Source of the DNA: a virus
IMG/VR virus record: IMGVR_UViG_3300027852_000016
Span: 1 to 43,570 of that record
Reading direction: 5' to 3' (one strand)
DNA: 43,570 bases
The position numbers were made by a program, and so were the translations under genes. The notes under the pieces were generated by a model. The model was not told the DNA's origin. It ran no database searches and saw nothing but the letters and a program-made list of their open reading frames with translations. Below are positions 1 to 9,560 of this stretch, piece after piece (position 1 is the stretch's first letter; each line of letters starts with the position of its first letter).

Positions 1-127
1 GCAGCATACTTAAGCTCAATGGATCAATACTATGCAGAGCTTGAGGAGTCAACTAGGCAATTCAACGAAACCATGGCTTGGTCTCAAGAAAGCTTTAAGT
101 TGGCAGCAGATGCAAAGAGATGGGAGA
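1..127. repeat. terminal direct repeat, copy 1 (identical to 43444-43570)
   Basis: Read directly: the first 127 nt (gcagcatacttaagctcaatgg...agatgggaga) recur exactly as the last 127 nt. An ORF is continuous across the join. Confidence 0.9.
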
Positions 128-543
128 CTGAGGAAACGTTGAAGATGCAAGGTAGAGAGATAGAGCAACGCCGTGATGCCTCGGAAATGCAATATGAATT
201 AGGGATTAAAGATCTAGCCAGTAAGGAAAGGATGACAAGAGATCAAGTAGATGCACAGAGGTATGGATATGATAGACAGGCTGAAGTTTCTAAGTATAGC
301 ATGGATAGACAGATGGATCAAAGGGAGCGCGAAGCTGCGGTAAACGCAGAAATACAATCCAGACAACTTGATCAAGGCGATGCGTCAGCCAGGTTTAATA
401 GAGAGAAGTTTGATTACGAAAAGAATGTGGCAGCGGATGCGTTAAGTTATAAGAAGAGTGAGGATGCTGAGGCAACTTCATACTTTAAAGAAATGATAGA
501 AGCTAATGAGGCTCGTAGATCAAAGCAAGACAAGGAGATGTAA
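1..543 (+). CDS. 3' part of the same junction-spanning gene (unique part 128-543)
   Basis: Track ORF 19..543 is in frame with 43348..43570. E/Q/R/D-rich. Stop TAA at 541-543. Confidence 0.7.
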   Translation, partial: AAYLSSMDQYYAELEESTRQFNETMAWSQESFKLAADAKRWETEETLKMQGREIEQRRDASEMQYELGIKDLASKERMTRDQVDAQRYGYDRQAEVSKYSMDRQMDQREREAAVNAEIQSRQLDQGDASARFNREKFDYEKNVAADALSYKKSEDAEATSYFKEMIEANEARRSKQDKEM

Positions 544-546
544 TGT

Positions 547-1752
547 ATGGATTTACAAAAGCTAAATGACTTAATGACCACACACAGCAACATCCAGAGA
601 TTCAACGATGAGCAAGATAGTAGAAACGCTCCACCACCACCAAAGCCAGAATACGATATGATGCAGGATCAGGCTAGGTCACGGCAAGCGCAAAAAGCCT
701 TTACAACCTATGCAAATTTATATAAAGATGCTAGTAAAGCTCAGCGTATTGTGCTGGATGAGGAGATGAAAGATCTTCATAATATTATGACGCCATTTGA
801 AAGGGCACAGGTGTCAATGGTAGCAGGAGCAACAGCAGTTAACCCAAGAGTGCAAAAAAGGAGATGGTGGAATGAGGATCATCCACTACCTAATAGGCCA
901 ACAGACCAAGAAGATATATATGGATTAGCAGAATACGGTTTCGCAATGGCAGACCGTAAGATGGCTGAAGCTATATTTATGGGAGATCAACCTGGAGAGA
1001 AAGTAAATATAGTTTCCATAGGTGGTGGACAGTTTGGATACAGAAATCAACATGGGAGTGTCCAGGTAATAAACGAAGAGCAAGTTGATCTGGTTGAAAA
1101 ACTCAAAGAACAAGGAAAAACTGTTGCAGAGCTAATAGCTAATAACGGGAAATTCCAGGAAGGGAAAGCTAAGATAATAACAGTAAACGGTGTAACGAAA
1201 CAGCTTATTAACAAAAGAGATTTCATTACAAAAGAACTGTCCACAGAGACACATGTCATGGATGATTCTAGTAAGAAGAAAGAACCTTTATCTGTCAAGC
1301 TACCAGCCTCAACAATCAAGATGATGGTTGACTTAGCTAACCCTGAAAGTGAGACTTCTCAACTACTTGAAGAGACTTACGCATCTGAAGGTAATGAAGG
1401 GTTAAAGGCTTTCGGTAAAAAAATATCTGCTGCACACCCTGGTTGGAAGATTTTACCTGTAAACTTACCTAAAGGTTCATTCTGGCATGGTGAAGACCAC
1501 GAGTTTAGGAGTAGTAAGTTTCACTTCGTAGCTATCCCAGCAGATACAACAGCTTACGCCTTTGGTCAGAAGATGCATTACGACTCACAAAGAGATATGT
1601 ACTATGACGGGAATGGTAGGAAGCTAGGTAGCTTAGAAGAGACAGAAGCGAAGTTATATCGTCACTATTTAAAGAAGCACGGCAAGCGAGTTAAAGGCTT
1701 CACAATGGAACAGGCACTGGAAGACCAACAAAGGATTAGAGCTGGGAGATAG
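547..1752 (+). CDS. hypothetical virion-module protein (401 aa)
   Basis: Track ORF. Starts 4 nt after the previous stop. Lies between tail and internal-type genes. Confidence 0.7.
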   Translation: MDLQKLNDLMTTHSNIQRFNDEQDSRNAPPPPKPEYDMMQDQARSRQAQKAFTTYANLYKDASKAQRIVLDEEMKDLHNIMTPFERAQVSMVAGATAVNPRVQKRRWWNEDHPLPNRPTDQEDIYGLAEYGFAMADRKMAEAIFMGDQPGEKVNIVSIGGGQFGYRNQHGSVQVINEEQVDLVEKLKEQGKTVAELIANNGKFQEGKAKIITVNGVTKQLINKRDFITKELSTETHVMDDSSKKKEPLSVKLPASTIKMMVDLANPESETSQLLEETYASEGNEGLKAFGKKISAAHPGWKILPVNLPKGSFWHGEDHEFRSSKFHFVAIPADTTAYAFGQKMHYDSQRDMYYDGNGRKLGSLEETEAKLYRHYLKKHGKRVKGFTMEQALEDQQRIRAGR

Positions 1753-1754
1753 GT

Positions 1755-4700
1755 ATGGATGATTATGATATAGTAGAGGTTCAAGATGATGAAGATTCCG
1801 ATTACGATCCTTTAGAGCAACCAATAGTAAGTGTAGACGAGAAAGAAAAACCACAGGTGGACGAGGAATATGAAGCTTTCCAGGATAAGCTTAATACAGA
1901 GACGATGTCTAATTGGCATAGAGTCTGGTCAGCTAATAATCCTAACCTATCTGCTTTAGCTCAAATGGCTTCCGATGCAATTCCATTCGATTGGGGTGAA
2001 AAGATATGGCACATAGGTGAAGGAGAAGATGAGCCTGCTGAGTTCTCTGAGAATGTTAAAAACTCCTGGGAAGGTAGGGCTGCAGCAAAGTATCCTACGT
2101 TGGCATCAGTTCTAAAGGTTGGAGCTTCCTTTACTGTACCATTTGAATCGCAGTTCATTCCATCATCAAAAGAAGATTTTGACAAGCTACCTGCATCTAT
2201 GAAAAGTTTAGTTCTTGGGGTTGAGTTAATATCACTTGCAACACTTCCTTTAATAGCTACACCGATTAGAGGGTTCTTTCTAAAGACAGCCAAACAGGCA
2301 ATAAAGTGGCAAGGTATAAAGATGGCAGCAAAGAAAGCTGATGATGCTATAAAACCAGCGCTTAATGCTATGGCTAAGGCCAACCCAAAAGCAGCAGCAA
2401 TAGCAAAGAAAGCTGTTGAAATGAAAAAGGCATATCTATTAAAGAAAGAAGCTTCTAAACAGGTTGATAAGGTTTTAGTAGATCCATACTCAGATAAGCT
2501 AATGAAGGATATACCTGAGTATATCTATAAGACGCCTATAGAGAGTGCGGCTAAGGCGTACGGGATAACACAGAGAGACGCTAAGCACCTACTAAACGAA
2601 ACAAAAGATGGCTTATGGAAGACAGTTAATAAGAGAAGTGGGTCTACATGGTACGACTCTCAAGGAATGAATAAGATAAGAAAGACTGAGAAGTTCAGGA
2701 AGAATGTAGAGAAGTGGGATATACCTCAAGGAGTTCAGAGGCAGATGCATTACAATAAACACCTTGAGAAGCAGCTTAATAAAGTATTAACCGGTACGAA
2801 GATTAAAGCCGATATAGCTTTCAATAAGATAGCCAGCAAGCTTTATGGGGATAATGCTATAGGTATGACAATGAAGAATGCTCCAACAGATGTCTTAGCT
2901 AATGTAATGCTAAGTTCAATCAAGCAAGAGCATGGTGTACTTAAGGGTATTGATATAGGTAAGATGAGTTGGTTCCGTACATCCAGAAGAGTCTTTGCTA
3001 AATATGATAAGATGTATGGTGTTAAGGATAAGATATATAACAAATTTGGTACGTTAGTTCAGAACTCAAACAAAACATCTTTCATGAATATGACCTCATG
3101 GCACGCGATCCTGCAAGCCAAAGGGTTAGGAAAGATTGGAACTAAAGGAGGTTCATATAAATTCAAAGAGCTTTACCATAAAGCAGACCTGGAAGCTGCT
3201 GGTAAGTTAGTAACAGATATAGATAACTTAACAGCTAAGGGTGGTACACAAGCAGCTATGAATGATTTGTTTAATGCTCAGTCAGATGTTGTACAGAAGC
3301 TCTCTAAGTCATGGACTGAATGGTCTGATCTTATGTATGGCAACCATATGAAGAGTAAGATAGGCCAGGCATTTGAAGGTGCTAAGCTAACGAATAAAGG
3401 TAACCTGGGTTTCCAAGCATCCATGAATGGTGCAACAGGTATCAATAGATATATAGACGAGGTGCTATCTTCAGCATCTAATCTATCTCAAGGAAATAAA
3501 AAGGAGTACACAGAAAAGATATTAGGGCAGATAGTTAATAGTTTGGATGATGGTAAGCTTAATTGGTTCTCTGATAAACCTATAAAGGATATGACGAAGC
3601 AAGAGATATACCAGGTAAGGAATCAAGCCAAAGCACTCAGAAAGAAACTAACCACAAAGAAGAATGGTGGCGAGTTTATGGATTACACAGAGAACTATGG
3701 CTTAAGGATAGGTAAGAAGCCTGGGCTATATGAATCAGTGCAAGGTGTTCCAGGCAAAGCAGCTGCTGGATACACTAAAGCAAGAATGATGGAGGAATTT
3801 GCCGGTGAAAGAGTAACTAACCTTGCAGACCTTGTTAATATTAGATCAAGGATGCAAGCCAAAGAACTTAATATTAACCCTTATATGAAGCAGGTTCAGG
3901 CAAGTATCAAGGATTTACCACCAGAACTAAAGAAATATTCTGAGCATTACATACAACGAATGCTTGGGATGACAAGTGATACTGATAACAAAGTTGCAGC
4001 TATAATAAGGAAACAATTTGGTGTAGGTATTTCAGGTGATAGAATAGCACGTATAGGCCAGACCATGAATAACTTAGTCTATATGGGCGCTCTTGGGTTG
4101 AAACCTTTCTCTGCAATGCGTAATCTATTTCAGCCATTAATGATGGTTCCTACTGATATGGGTGGCGTTAAGGATATTTATTGGCTAGCTAAAGGATATA
4201 AGAGAGCTTTCTCTGAAGAGGGTGCAAAATACGTTAGAAGTATAGGAGCTATACAGGACTTCGCTCCAGACTTGGTATTCATGAATAAAGCAAGTAAGTT
4301 AGGTGAGACTATCAAGGTAGGTAAGCACACGCTCGATGCACCAACTATGCAGAGTATTCAGGATACATGTCTATATCTATATAAGTCGTCAGATATAGGT
4401 AACAGGATGGTTACTGGTTGTGCAGCTTCTGCTAAGTGGGATCATTATATTAATAGATACACCAAGAATGGAGTCTTAGATAAAAAGAGATTTGTAAAGA
4501 AAATGAAGATACACCTTAGAGCATCCGACTCAGCCAAGAATATATCAAAGATGATAATGAAAGGCTCAGAAGAGATAGGTCATGGAGGAACGAGGAACCT
4601 TATTAAGGATGCTAAAGCAGCATTCTGTAATGATGTGATTAACGATACCCAGTACCTTTATAACTCAGCCAATTCACCACTAATCTCTTCCTCTAAGGGA

Positions 4701-5153
4701 GCGTTAACTAAGACTGGCTTTCTATTCCAGTCATGGTGGATGAACTATGGAGAAGCTTTCGCTAAATGGTCAACAAGAGGTACAGTTCCAGAGAAGACAG
4801 AGAAGATGTTTACATTTCTATTGACTTCAGCAATGGCGTATCAAGGTATGAGGTTAATATGGGACAAGGGTACAGCAGCAAGAACAGTTGTAACAGGCCC
4901 ATTACCGTTAGAGCCAAACTTACCAGCAACATGGAAACCAACAGTTGATGCAGTTAGGTTAGTTGCTAAATCTGTACAAGCTGTATCAGGTATGGGAGAC
5001 ATCAATGAGGCTAAGAAACAGTTTAAAAACCTAATAAGATCTACAGGTGTATTTGCACCAGGAGGTATACAGATACAACAGACAGCAAGAAGGACTATGG
5101 CAGAAGGTGGAGAGGGTTTCCTTAAGTCTATAATTAAATATAAAAAAGATTGA
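1755..5153 (+). CDS. large virion-associated protein (1132 aa); positional analogue of podovirus internal core/ejection proteins
   Basis: Longest ORF in the window. Acidic N-terminus and a hydrophobic segment (SLVLGVELISLATLPLIATPI). Sits just upstream of the tail-fibre block, like T7 gp16 by order and size. No catalytic motif recognised. Confidence 0.5.
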   Translation: MDDYDIVEVQDDEDSDYDPLEQPIVSVDEKEKPQVDEEYEAFQDKLNTETMSNWHRVWSANNPNLSALAQMASDAIPFDWGEKIWHIGEGEDEPAEFSENVKNSWEGRAAAKYPTLASVLKVGASFTVPFESQFIPSSKEDFDKLPASMKSLVLGVELISLATLPLIATPIRGFFLKTAKQAIKWQGIKMAAKKADDAIKPALNAMAKANPKAAAIAKKAVEMKKAYLLKKEASKQVDKVLVDPYSDKLMKDIPEYIYKTPIESAAKAYGITQRDAKHLLNETKDGLWKTVNKRSGSTWYDSQGMNKIRKTEKFRKNVEKWDIPQGVQRQMHYNKHLEKQLNKVLTGTKIKADIAFNKIASKLYGDNAIGMTMKNAPTDVLANVMLSSIKQEHGVLKGIDIGKMSWFRTSRRVFAKYDKMYGVKDKIYNKFGTLVQNSNKTSFMNMTSWHAILQAKGLGKIGTKGGSYKFKELYHKADLEAAGKLVTDIDNLTAKGGTQAAMNDLFNAQSDVVQKLSKSWTEWSDLMYGNHMKSKIGQAFEGAKLTNKGNLGFQASMNGATGINRYIDEVLSSASNLSQGNKKEYTEKILGQIVNSLDDGKLNWFSDKPIKDMTKQEIYQVRNQAKALRKKLTTKKNGGEFMDYTENYGLRIGKKPGLYESVQGVPGKAAAGYTKARMMEEFAGERVTNLADLVNIRSRMQAKELNINPYMKQVQASIKDLPPELKKYSEHYIQRMLGMTSDTDNKVAAIIRKQFGVGISGDRIARIGQTMNNLVYMGALGLKPFSAMRNLFQPLMMVPTDMGGVKDIYWLAKGYKRAFSEEGAKYVRSIGAIQDFAPDLVFMNKASKLGETIKVGKHTLDAPTMQSIQDTCLYLYKSSDIGNRMVTGCAASAKWDHYINRYTKNGVLDKKRFVKKMKIHLRASDSAKNISKMIMKGSEEIGHGGTRNLIKDAKAAFCNDVINDTQYLYNSANSPLISSSKGALTKTGFLFQSWWMNYGEAFAKWSTRGTVPEKTEKMFTFLLTSAMAYQGMRLIWDKGTAARTVVTGPLPLEPNLPATWKPTVDAVRLVAKSVQAVSGMGDINEAKKQFKNLIRSTGVFAPGGIQIQQTARRTMAEGGEGFLKSIIKYKKD

Positions 5154-5204
5154 TACTAACGATCAATCCAAAAGCAATCAATAGATTGCACAAGGATTAA
5201 CTAA

Positions 5205-5555
5205 ATGGCAGATATAATAGATGTTATAATGAGCGAAACTATTACAAAGAATACCACTGAATATACAGATGTCATAGATCTTAAAATGTACAACACAGAG
5301 AACTGGACATTTGCTATGTTTAGTAACATGACCGGTAATACAGCTTCGGTAACGATAACACCTCAGTATTCTTTCAATGGTAAAGATGACTGGGTAGATG
5401 GTACAGCTTTCATAACCACCCAAGATCCTGGAGCTGGAGGCAATCAGCAGTGGGTAGCTATAACCATGTTGGCAACCAGGTGGGTTAGATTTAGTATCGC
5501 GGAGGTTGCTGATACAGTTGATGCCGTAGTAAGTCTTTCAATGTCAATAGTTTAA
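5205..5555 (+). CDS. hypothetical protein (116 aa)
   Basis: Track ORF. Weak resemblance to the next gene (shared ...DAVVS... C-terminal block). Confidence 0.65.
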   Translation: MADIIDVIMSETITKNTTEYTDVIDLKMYNTENWTFAMFSNMTGNTASVTITPQYSFNGKDDWVDGTAFITTQDPGAGGNQQWVAITMLATRWVRFSIAEVADTVDAVVSLSMSIV

Positions 5556-5610
5556 GGGAAATCAAGAAGAGATTTCTATAGCTACGGATTATCCGTAGCA
5601 GGAGGTTTAT

Positions 5611-5943
5611 ATGTGGTGTCAAGCATTTAAGGCAATTACAGTTGCAAACGGTGAAACTGAGGTTTCCAGAGATATCATGCTGTATGACCATATGGATGTG
5701 CATGCCTTTGAATACGCAATAACAGGTTCAGGTACACTGGATATCTCAGTTGAAACATCCATATCAGGAGTGAACTGGATCGATAACGGAGTTAAGGCAT
5801 CTGGCGTTGGAGCAACCAGCGGCCCAGGTAGCGATGGAAACGACATAGTACCTCTATCACTGAAGCCAGGAGATGTACTTAGGATTAAGTGTACAGCTTC
5901 TGGAGATGATGCTGTAGTGTCTATGTATTTTACCCAGAAATAG
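5611..5943 (+). CDS. hypothetical protein (110 aa)
   Basis: Track ORF. AGGAGG at 5600-5605 precedes the ATG. Confidence 0.7.
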   Translation: MWCQAFKAITVANGETEVSRDIMLYDHMDVHAFEYAITGSGTLDISVETSISGVNWIDNGVKASGVGATSGPGSDGNDIVPLSLKPGDVLRIKCTASGDDAVVSMYFTQK

Positions 5944-5958
5944 GTGAAGGAGTTGGTT

Positions 5959-6291
5959 ATGTTTGAGAAAGCTATAGAAGCGAATAGGGTTGAAAGGATA
6001 AAGGTTATCTCTAAGGAGGTTATCAAGGTAGAGAGAATCGTTTTCATTAATAACGCAGGTAAGAATGCTGGTGAAATACATAAAACATATAGATATCATG
6101 GAGATATCCTAAAAGAAAAGACCACCAGGATGATAGGAGCTAAGAAAGAAAAGAGCTTTATAAAAGATATAATGAATAAACTCATGGGAAAGAAAGATGT
6201 TATCATGATAGAGAAACCTAACCGCACCATCATTCAAACAAAGATGGGCAAAGGAGTAGCTAAAGATGGCATGGAAGCCGATAAACGTTAG
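5959..6291 (+). CDS. hypothetical protein (110 aa from ATG 5959; the track starts at GTG 5944)
   Basis: GAAGGAG precedes ATG 5959. Lys-rich product. Confidence 0.6.
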   Translation: MFEKAIEANRVERIKVISKEVIKVERIVFINNAGKNAGEIHKTYRYHGDILKEKTTRMIGAKKEKSFIKDIMNKLMGKKDVIMIEKPNRTIIQTKMGKGVAKDGMEADKR

Positions 6292-8200
6292 ATTGTTTAA
6301 AGGCAAAGCGGCAGCACCCACAGTCAACGAAGATATTAACGATGGCTATGAAGTGGGTGATTGCTGGCTTGATGAGATGAATGATGCATCTTATCAATGC
6401 CTTGATAACACTGCTGGAGCTGCGGTATGGGAATCTATATCTGGAGCTGTATCAGATCATGGAGACTTAAGTGGGCTGCAGGGTGGAGACACTGATGAAT
6501 ACTATCATCTATCCTCGGCAAACTACACTGACCTTACAGACAGTAATGCAACCATATTACATAAACATAGTCATAACTTACAGGATGACTTACAAGGAGG
6601 TACAACTGACGAATATTACCATCTAACATCAGCCAACCATACAGATCTGACAGACGCTGGAGCTACTACACTCCATAAGCACGACCATGGTGGTATGGAT
6701 GGGTTAGGAGATGATGACCATACCATATACATAAAGGCTGATGGGACAAGAAGTTTCACCGGTGGAGTGTCAATAAGTGAATCTACAACTAATGAAGAAT
6801 CAACAGGTGTAGATGTCAACAAGACTATAACGTCCAATTCAGAAGGTTCATACACAACTATAGGAAATAGGGTGAGGGTGTATTCTAGTGGTTCAGCCAA
6901 AAATACTGGATACATCGTAGGTGAAGATCTCCGTGCGTACGGAGGGGTTAACAACCTTGCACGTATTGAAGCTTTGAAGCTTGTATATGGTAATGCTTCT
7001 GGGGATACCGGAACAACTGATTATGCTTACGGTTTAAGGATATATCCATATAGTCAAGCAGGTACGGTTTCCAGCATGAGGGATATCTACTTGTCTCCAG
7101 ATGTAACGGGTGGTACTATGACACAGGGCCACGGTATTTACCAGGCGAATACTAAAGACAACTATTTCGCTGGTGACATTAAAACTAACAAGAACCTTGA
7201 AGTGGTTGGCACAACAGAGCTTACTGGTGATGTGACCTTTAATACCAATAATATAACTGTTGATGGTACAACTGGTAATATAGTAGCTGGTGGATCACTT
7301 GACCTGTCAGACACGTTAGATATAACCCTTAATTCAATTGATTCATGGACTAATGCTATAGACATTAACAGGACGATCACAACGAATGCTGAAGCATCCC
7401 AGTACAATAAAGGCCTTTATGTATCTATGAAGACATCAGGGACTCATAAAAATACTGGTTACACTAAGGGGTTTCATTCTGAGGTTTTTGGTGGTGTTAA
7501 TAATAATACGCAGATATCATCAATGGACATAACATATGGTACATATACCGGTGATACTGGTACGATTGATAGTGCATATGGGTTAAAGGTAACGCCATAT
7601 CGAATGGCTGGGACTATAACTAACGCCTACGATATATATATTAGTGCAGAAATAACAGGTGGCACAGTAACTAACACATACGGTATTTATCAAGCTAACA
7701 CTAAAGATAATTATCTAGCAGGTGATCTTGAGATAAACAAGACCCTAGCTGTTAACGGTGGGCAGATAGCCTTCCCATCCACAGCCGTTCCAAGTTCAGA
7801 TGCCAACACATTAGATGATTATGAAAAGGGAACATGGACGCCTTCATTAAAGTTTGGTGGGGCTTCAACTGGAATGACTTATGGGACTCAAACTGGTACA
7901 TACGTTAAAATAGGCGATGAAGTTAGAGTGTCTATGAATATAATATTAACGGCTAAAGGTTCTGATACTGGTGATGCCACAATAACTGGTTTACCTTTTA
8001 CACCTGCCACTTCATTTAGGGTTGCCGGTTCTGTTCAGTCGAATAGGATATTATTTGATGGTACTATTAGGGCATATATAGTTAGCTCCACAACTATAAC
8101 CCTGAAAGAAACACCAGAAGATGGGTACAATGCAGATCTTGTATCTGGTGACTTCGCTGATGTATCAGACATAAGTATAACTTTCACATACGAAGTATGA
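6266..8200 (+). CDS. tail fibre / receptor-binding protein (644 aa)
   Basis: The N-terminal W.D...Y.C.D.TAGAAVW block and tandem GG.TDEYYHL...LHKH.H repeats are typical of phage fibres. It also carries a large internal duplication. GGAG lies upstream of the ATG. Confidence 0.7.
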   Translation: MAWKPINVRLFKGKAAAPTVNEDINDGYEVGDCWLDEMNDASYQCLDNTAGAAVWESISGAVSDHGDLSGLQGGDTDEYYHLSSANYTDLTDSNATILHKHSHNLQDDLQGGTTDEYYHLTSANHTDLTDAGATTLHKHDHGGMDGLGDDDHTIYIKADGTRSFTGGVSISESTTNEESTGVDVNKTITSNSEGSYTTIGNRVRVYSSGSAKNTGYIVGEDLRAYGGVNNLARIEALKLVYGNASGDTGTTDYAYGLRIYPYSQAGTVSSMRDIYLSPDVTGGTMTQGHGIYQANTKDNYFAGDIKTNKNLEVVGTTELTGDVTFNTNNITVDGTTGNIVAGGSLDLSDTLDITLNSIDSWTNAIDINRTITTNAEASQYNKGLYVSMKTSGTHKNTGYTKGFHSEVFGGVNNNTQISSMDITYGTYTGDTGTIDSAYGLKVTPYRMAGTITNAYDIYISAEITGGTVTNTYGIYQANTKDNYLAGDLEINKTLAVNGGQIAFPSTAVPSSDANTLDDYEKGTWTPSLKFGGASTGMTYGTQTGTYVKIGDEVRVSMNIILTAKGSDTGDATITGLPFTPATSFRVAGSVQSNRILFDGTIRAYIVSSTTITLKETPEDGYNADLVSGDFADVSDISITFTYEV

Positions 8201-8262
8201 TTGAAATATAACCATAGCGTTCAAAAGAAACGCTGCACGACTGTTTATCGCTAGGAGGATAA

Positions 8263-8535
8263 ATGCTAATAAAACAAGTAACATACGATCACCAAATAAC
8301 CGAGGAAGGCGCAATTAACGTGCGAAGGATTACAAGGATCCTTGAAGATGGTATAGAGATATCCAAGAATTATCATAGACATGTGATAACGCCTATAGAT
8401 AGTGTAACTAATCAAGATGATATGACTAAAGATCTATCTGTAATCGCCTTCACCACTGAAAGGAAAGCTCTGTGGCAAGCAAGAAAAGACGCTAAAGATG
8501 CTGAAGCTGCTTCTCATGCACAAGAGCCTAAGTAG
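8263..8535 (+). CDS. hypothetical protein (90 aa)
   Basis: Track ORF. AGGAGG precedes the ATG. Confidence 0.65.
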   Translation: MLIKQVTYDHQITEEGAINVRRITRILEDGIEISKNYHRHVITPIDSVTNQDDMTKDLSVIAFTTERKALWQARKDAKDAEAASHAQEPK

Positions 8536-8600
8536 CCGTATGGTATTTTAAAGAAAATACCTATAGCGGCCTTTAGCCGCACACACACACTGGAGATATC

Positions 8601-8903
8601 GTGGAATATAGAAAAGAGTTAGGGCCACTTAATTCATCAGAGCTTGCTCACGGTGTTAAGGGACTCAGGGCTGATGCTAGAGTTATATTACAGCAGAGTC
8701 AATCGTGGAAGAAGATGTTTGTGGGATTCTTAATACTTACATTGCCCGTCTTAGGGTGGATAACTGAGAGGGTGGTGACGTTACCTGAAACCTATATTGT
8801 AAAAGAAGAGCTTAAGGAGGTGAAGACTGATATTGTAAAGAGATTAGATAGGATAGATGATACATTAGTTTTTATTATACAGGAGATTGGGAAAGGTAGG
8901 TAG
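8601..8903 (+). CDS. single-pass membrane protein (100 aa; holin or spanin-type candidate), GTG start
   Basis: One hydrophobic span (MFVGFLILTLPVLGWI) followed by a charged helix. GGAG precedes the GTG. Last gene before the strong terminator. Confidence 0.45.
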   Translation: MEYRKELGPLNSSELAHGVKGLRADARVILQQSQSWKKMFVGFLILTLPVLGWITERVVTLPETYIVKEELKEVKTDIVKRLDRIDDTLVFIIQEIGKGR

Positions 8904-8910
8904 AGTGTTA

Positions 8911-8953
8911 AAGGCAGCAAGGTGACTAAACTCATCTTGCTGCCTTTTTTTTT
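8911..8953 (+). terminator. rho-independent terminator closing the late/virion operon
   Basis: 11-bp stem aaggcagcaag / cttgctgcctt with a 14-nt loop, followed by a T-run of 9. Confidence 0.85.
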
Positions 8954-9288
8954 ATGTCTAAACTGGATTAAAGTGGGATTCGCTATATCAAATATTAAGC
9001 CTAAATTAGAGAGCTGAGTAGGTTTTATATTATATTAGATATCAGTACAAGCTTAGGGTATAGTTCATGCGACCAGGTGTCGCTATAGATGCTTTAACAA
9101 GCATCACTGCTAGACAGATAGGCTTATATTAGCTATATTAGTCGCACATTGAGTTTTAAAAATTATATTATATGGAGAGGTGGTATTTTTTCAAAATTAT
9201 ATTATATAGGGAGTCGCTATTCATCCCCATCAGCCCAATGTTAGAACCCCCCAACGGAATTAGTTTGTACTAACTTCGATAGACATGT

Positions 9289-9487
9289 CTAACATCGCTA
9301 GGTTTGTCTATCTAAGAACGTTAGGTAAGTCTAACGGTGTTAGAATACCCTAACTTGGTTAGGTGGATCTAACTGGGCGAGGGGGTATATATACAAGGAT
9401 CACGTACTAACAACAGTAGACTAAGCTAATATTCTTAGATATATCTAACTATGTTAGGCTTATCTAACTCTGTTAGGTGTGTCTAAC
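9289..9487. repeat. cluster of CTAAC-N3-GTTAG palindromes (operator-like)
   Basis: Full sites at 9331-9343, 9350-9362, 9445-9457 and 9464-9476, plus an imperfect site at 9289-9301. Half-sites at 9320, 9369, 9407 and 9483. Confidence 0.6.
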
Positions 9488-9520
9488 TATACATCAATCT
9501 ATTAAAAGATATTAATAAAA

Positions 9521-9560
9521 CTATCTAGAAATATCCTGATCTATCCCGACCTATCCTGAT
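9521..9560. repeat. four tandem 10-bp units (ctatctagaa atatcctgat ctatcccgac ctatcctgat)
   Basis: Read directly. Exact 10-bp period. Confidence 0.6.

Noticed and set aside
9193-9215. T7/T3-like single-subunit RNAP promoters (ATTATATAGGGAGT at 9201; CTTTACAGGGAGAAC at 37266; GTTACTAGGAGAAC at 19828)
   Set aside because: No ORF has the size or the motifs I would expect of a phage RNA polymerase. TAGGGAG also doubles as the standard RBS in this genome. I kept it only as a remote alternative under the conserved-element findings.
9280-9490. Possible CRISPR array because of regularly recurring CTAAC/GTTAG motifs
   Set aside because: The repeats are 13-bp palindromes with 6-100-bp irregular spacing. 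They are not 24-40-bp direct repeats with similar-sized unique spacers, and there are no cas genes.
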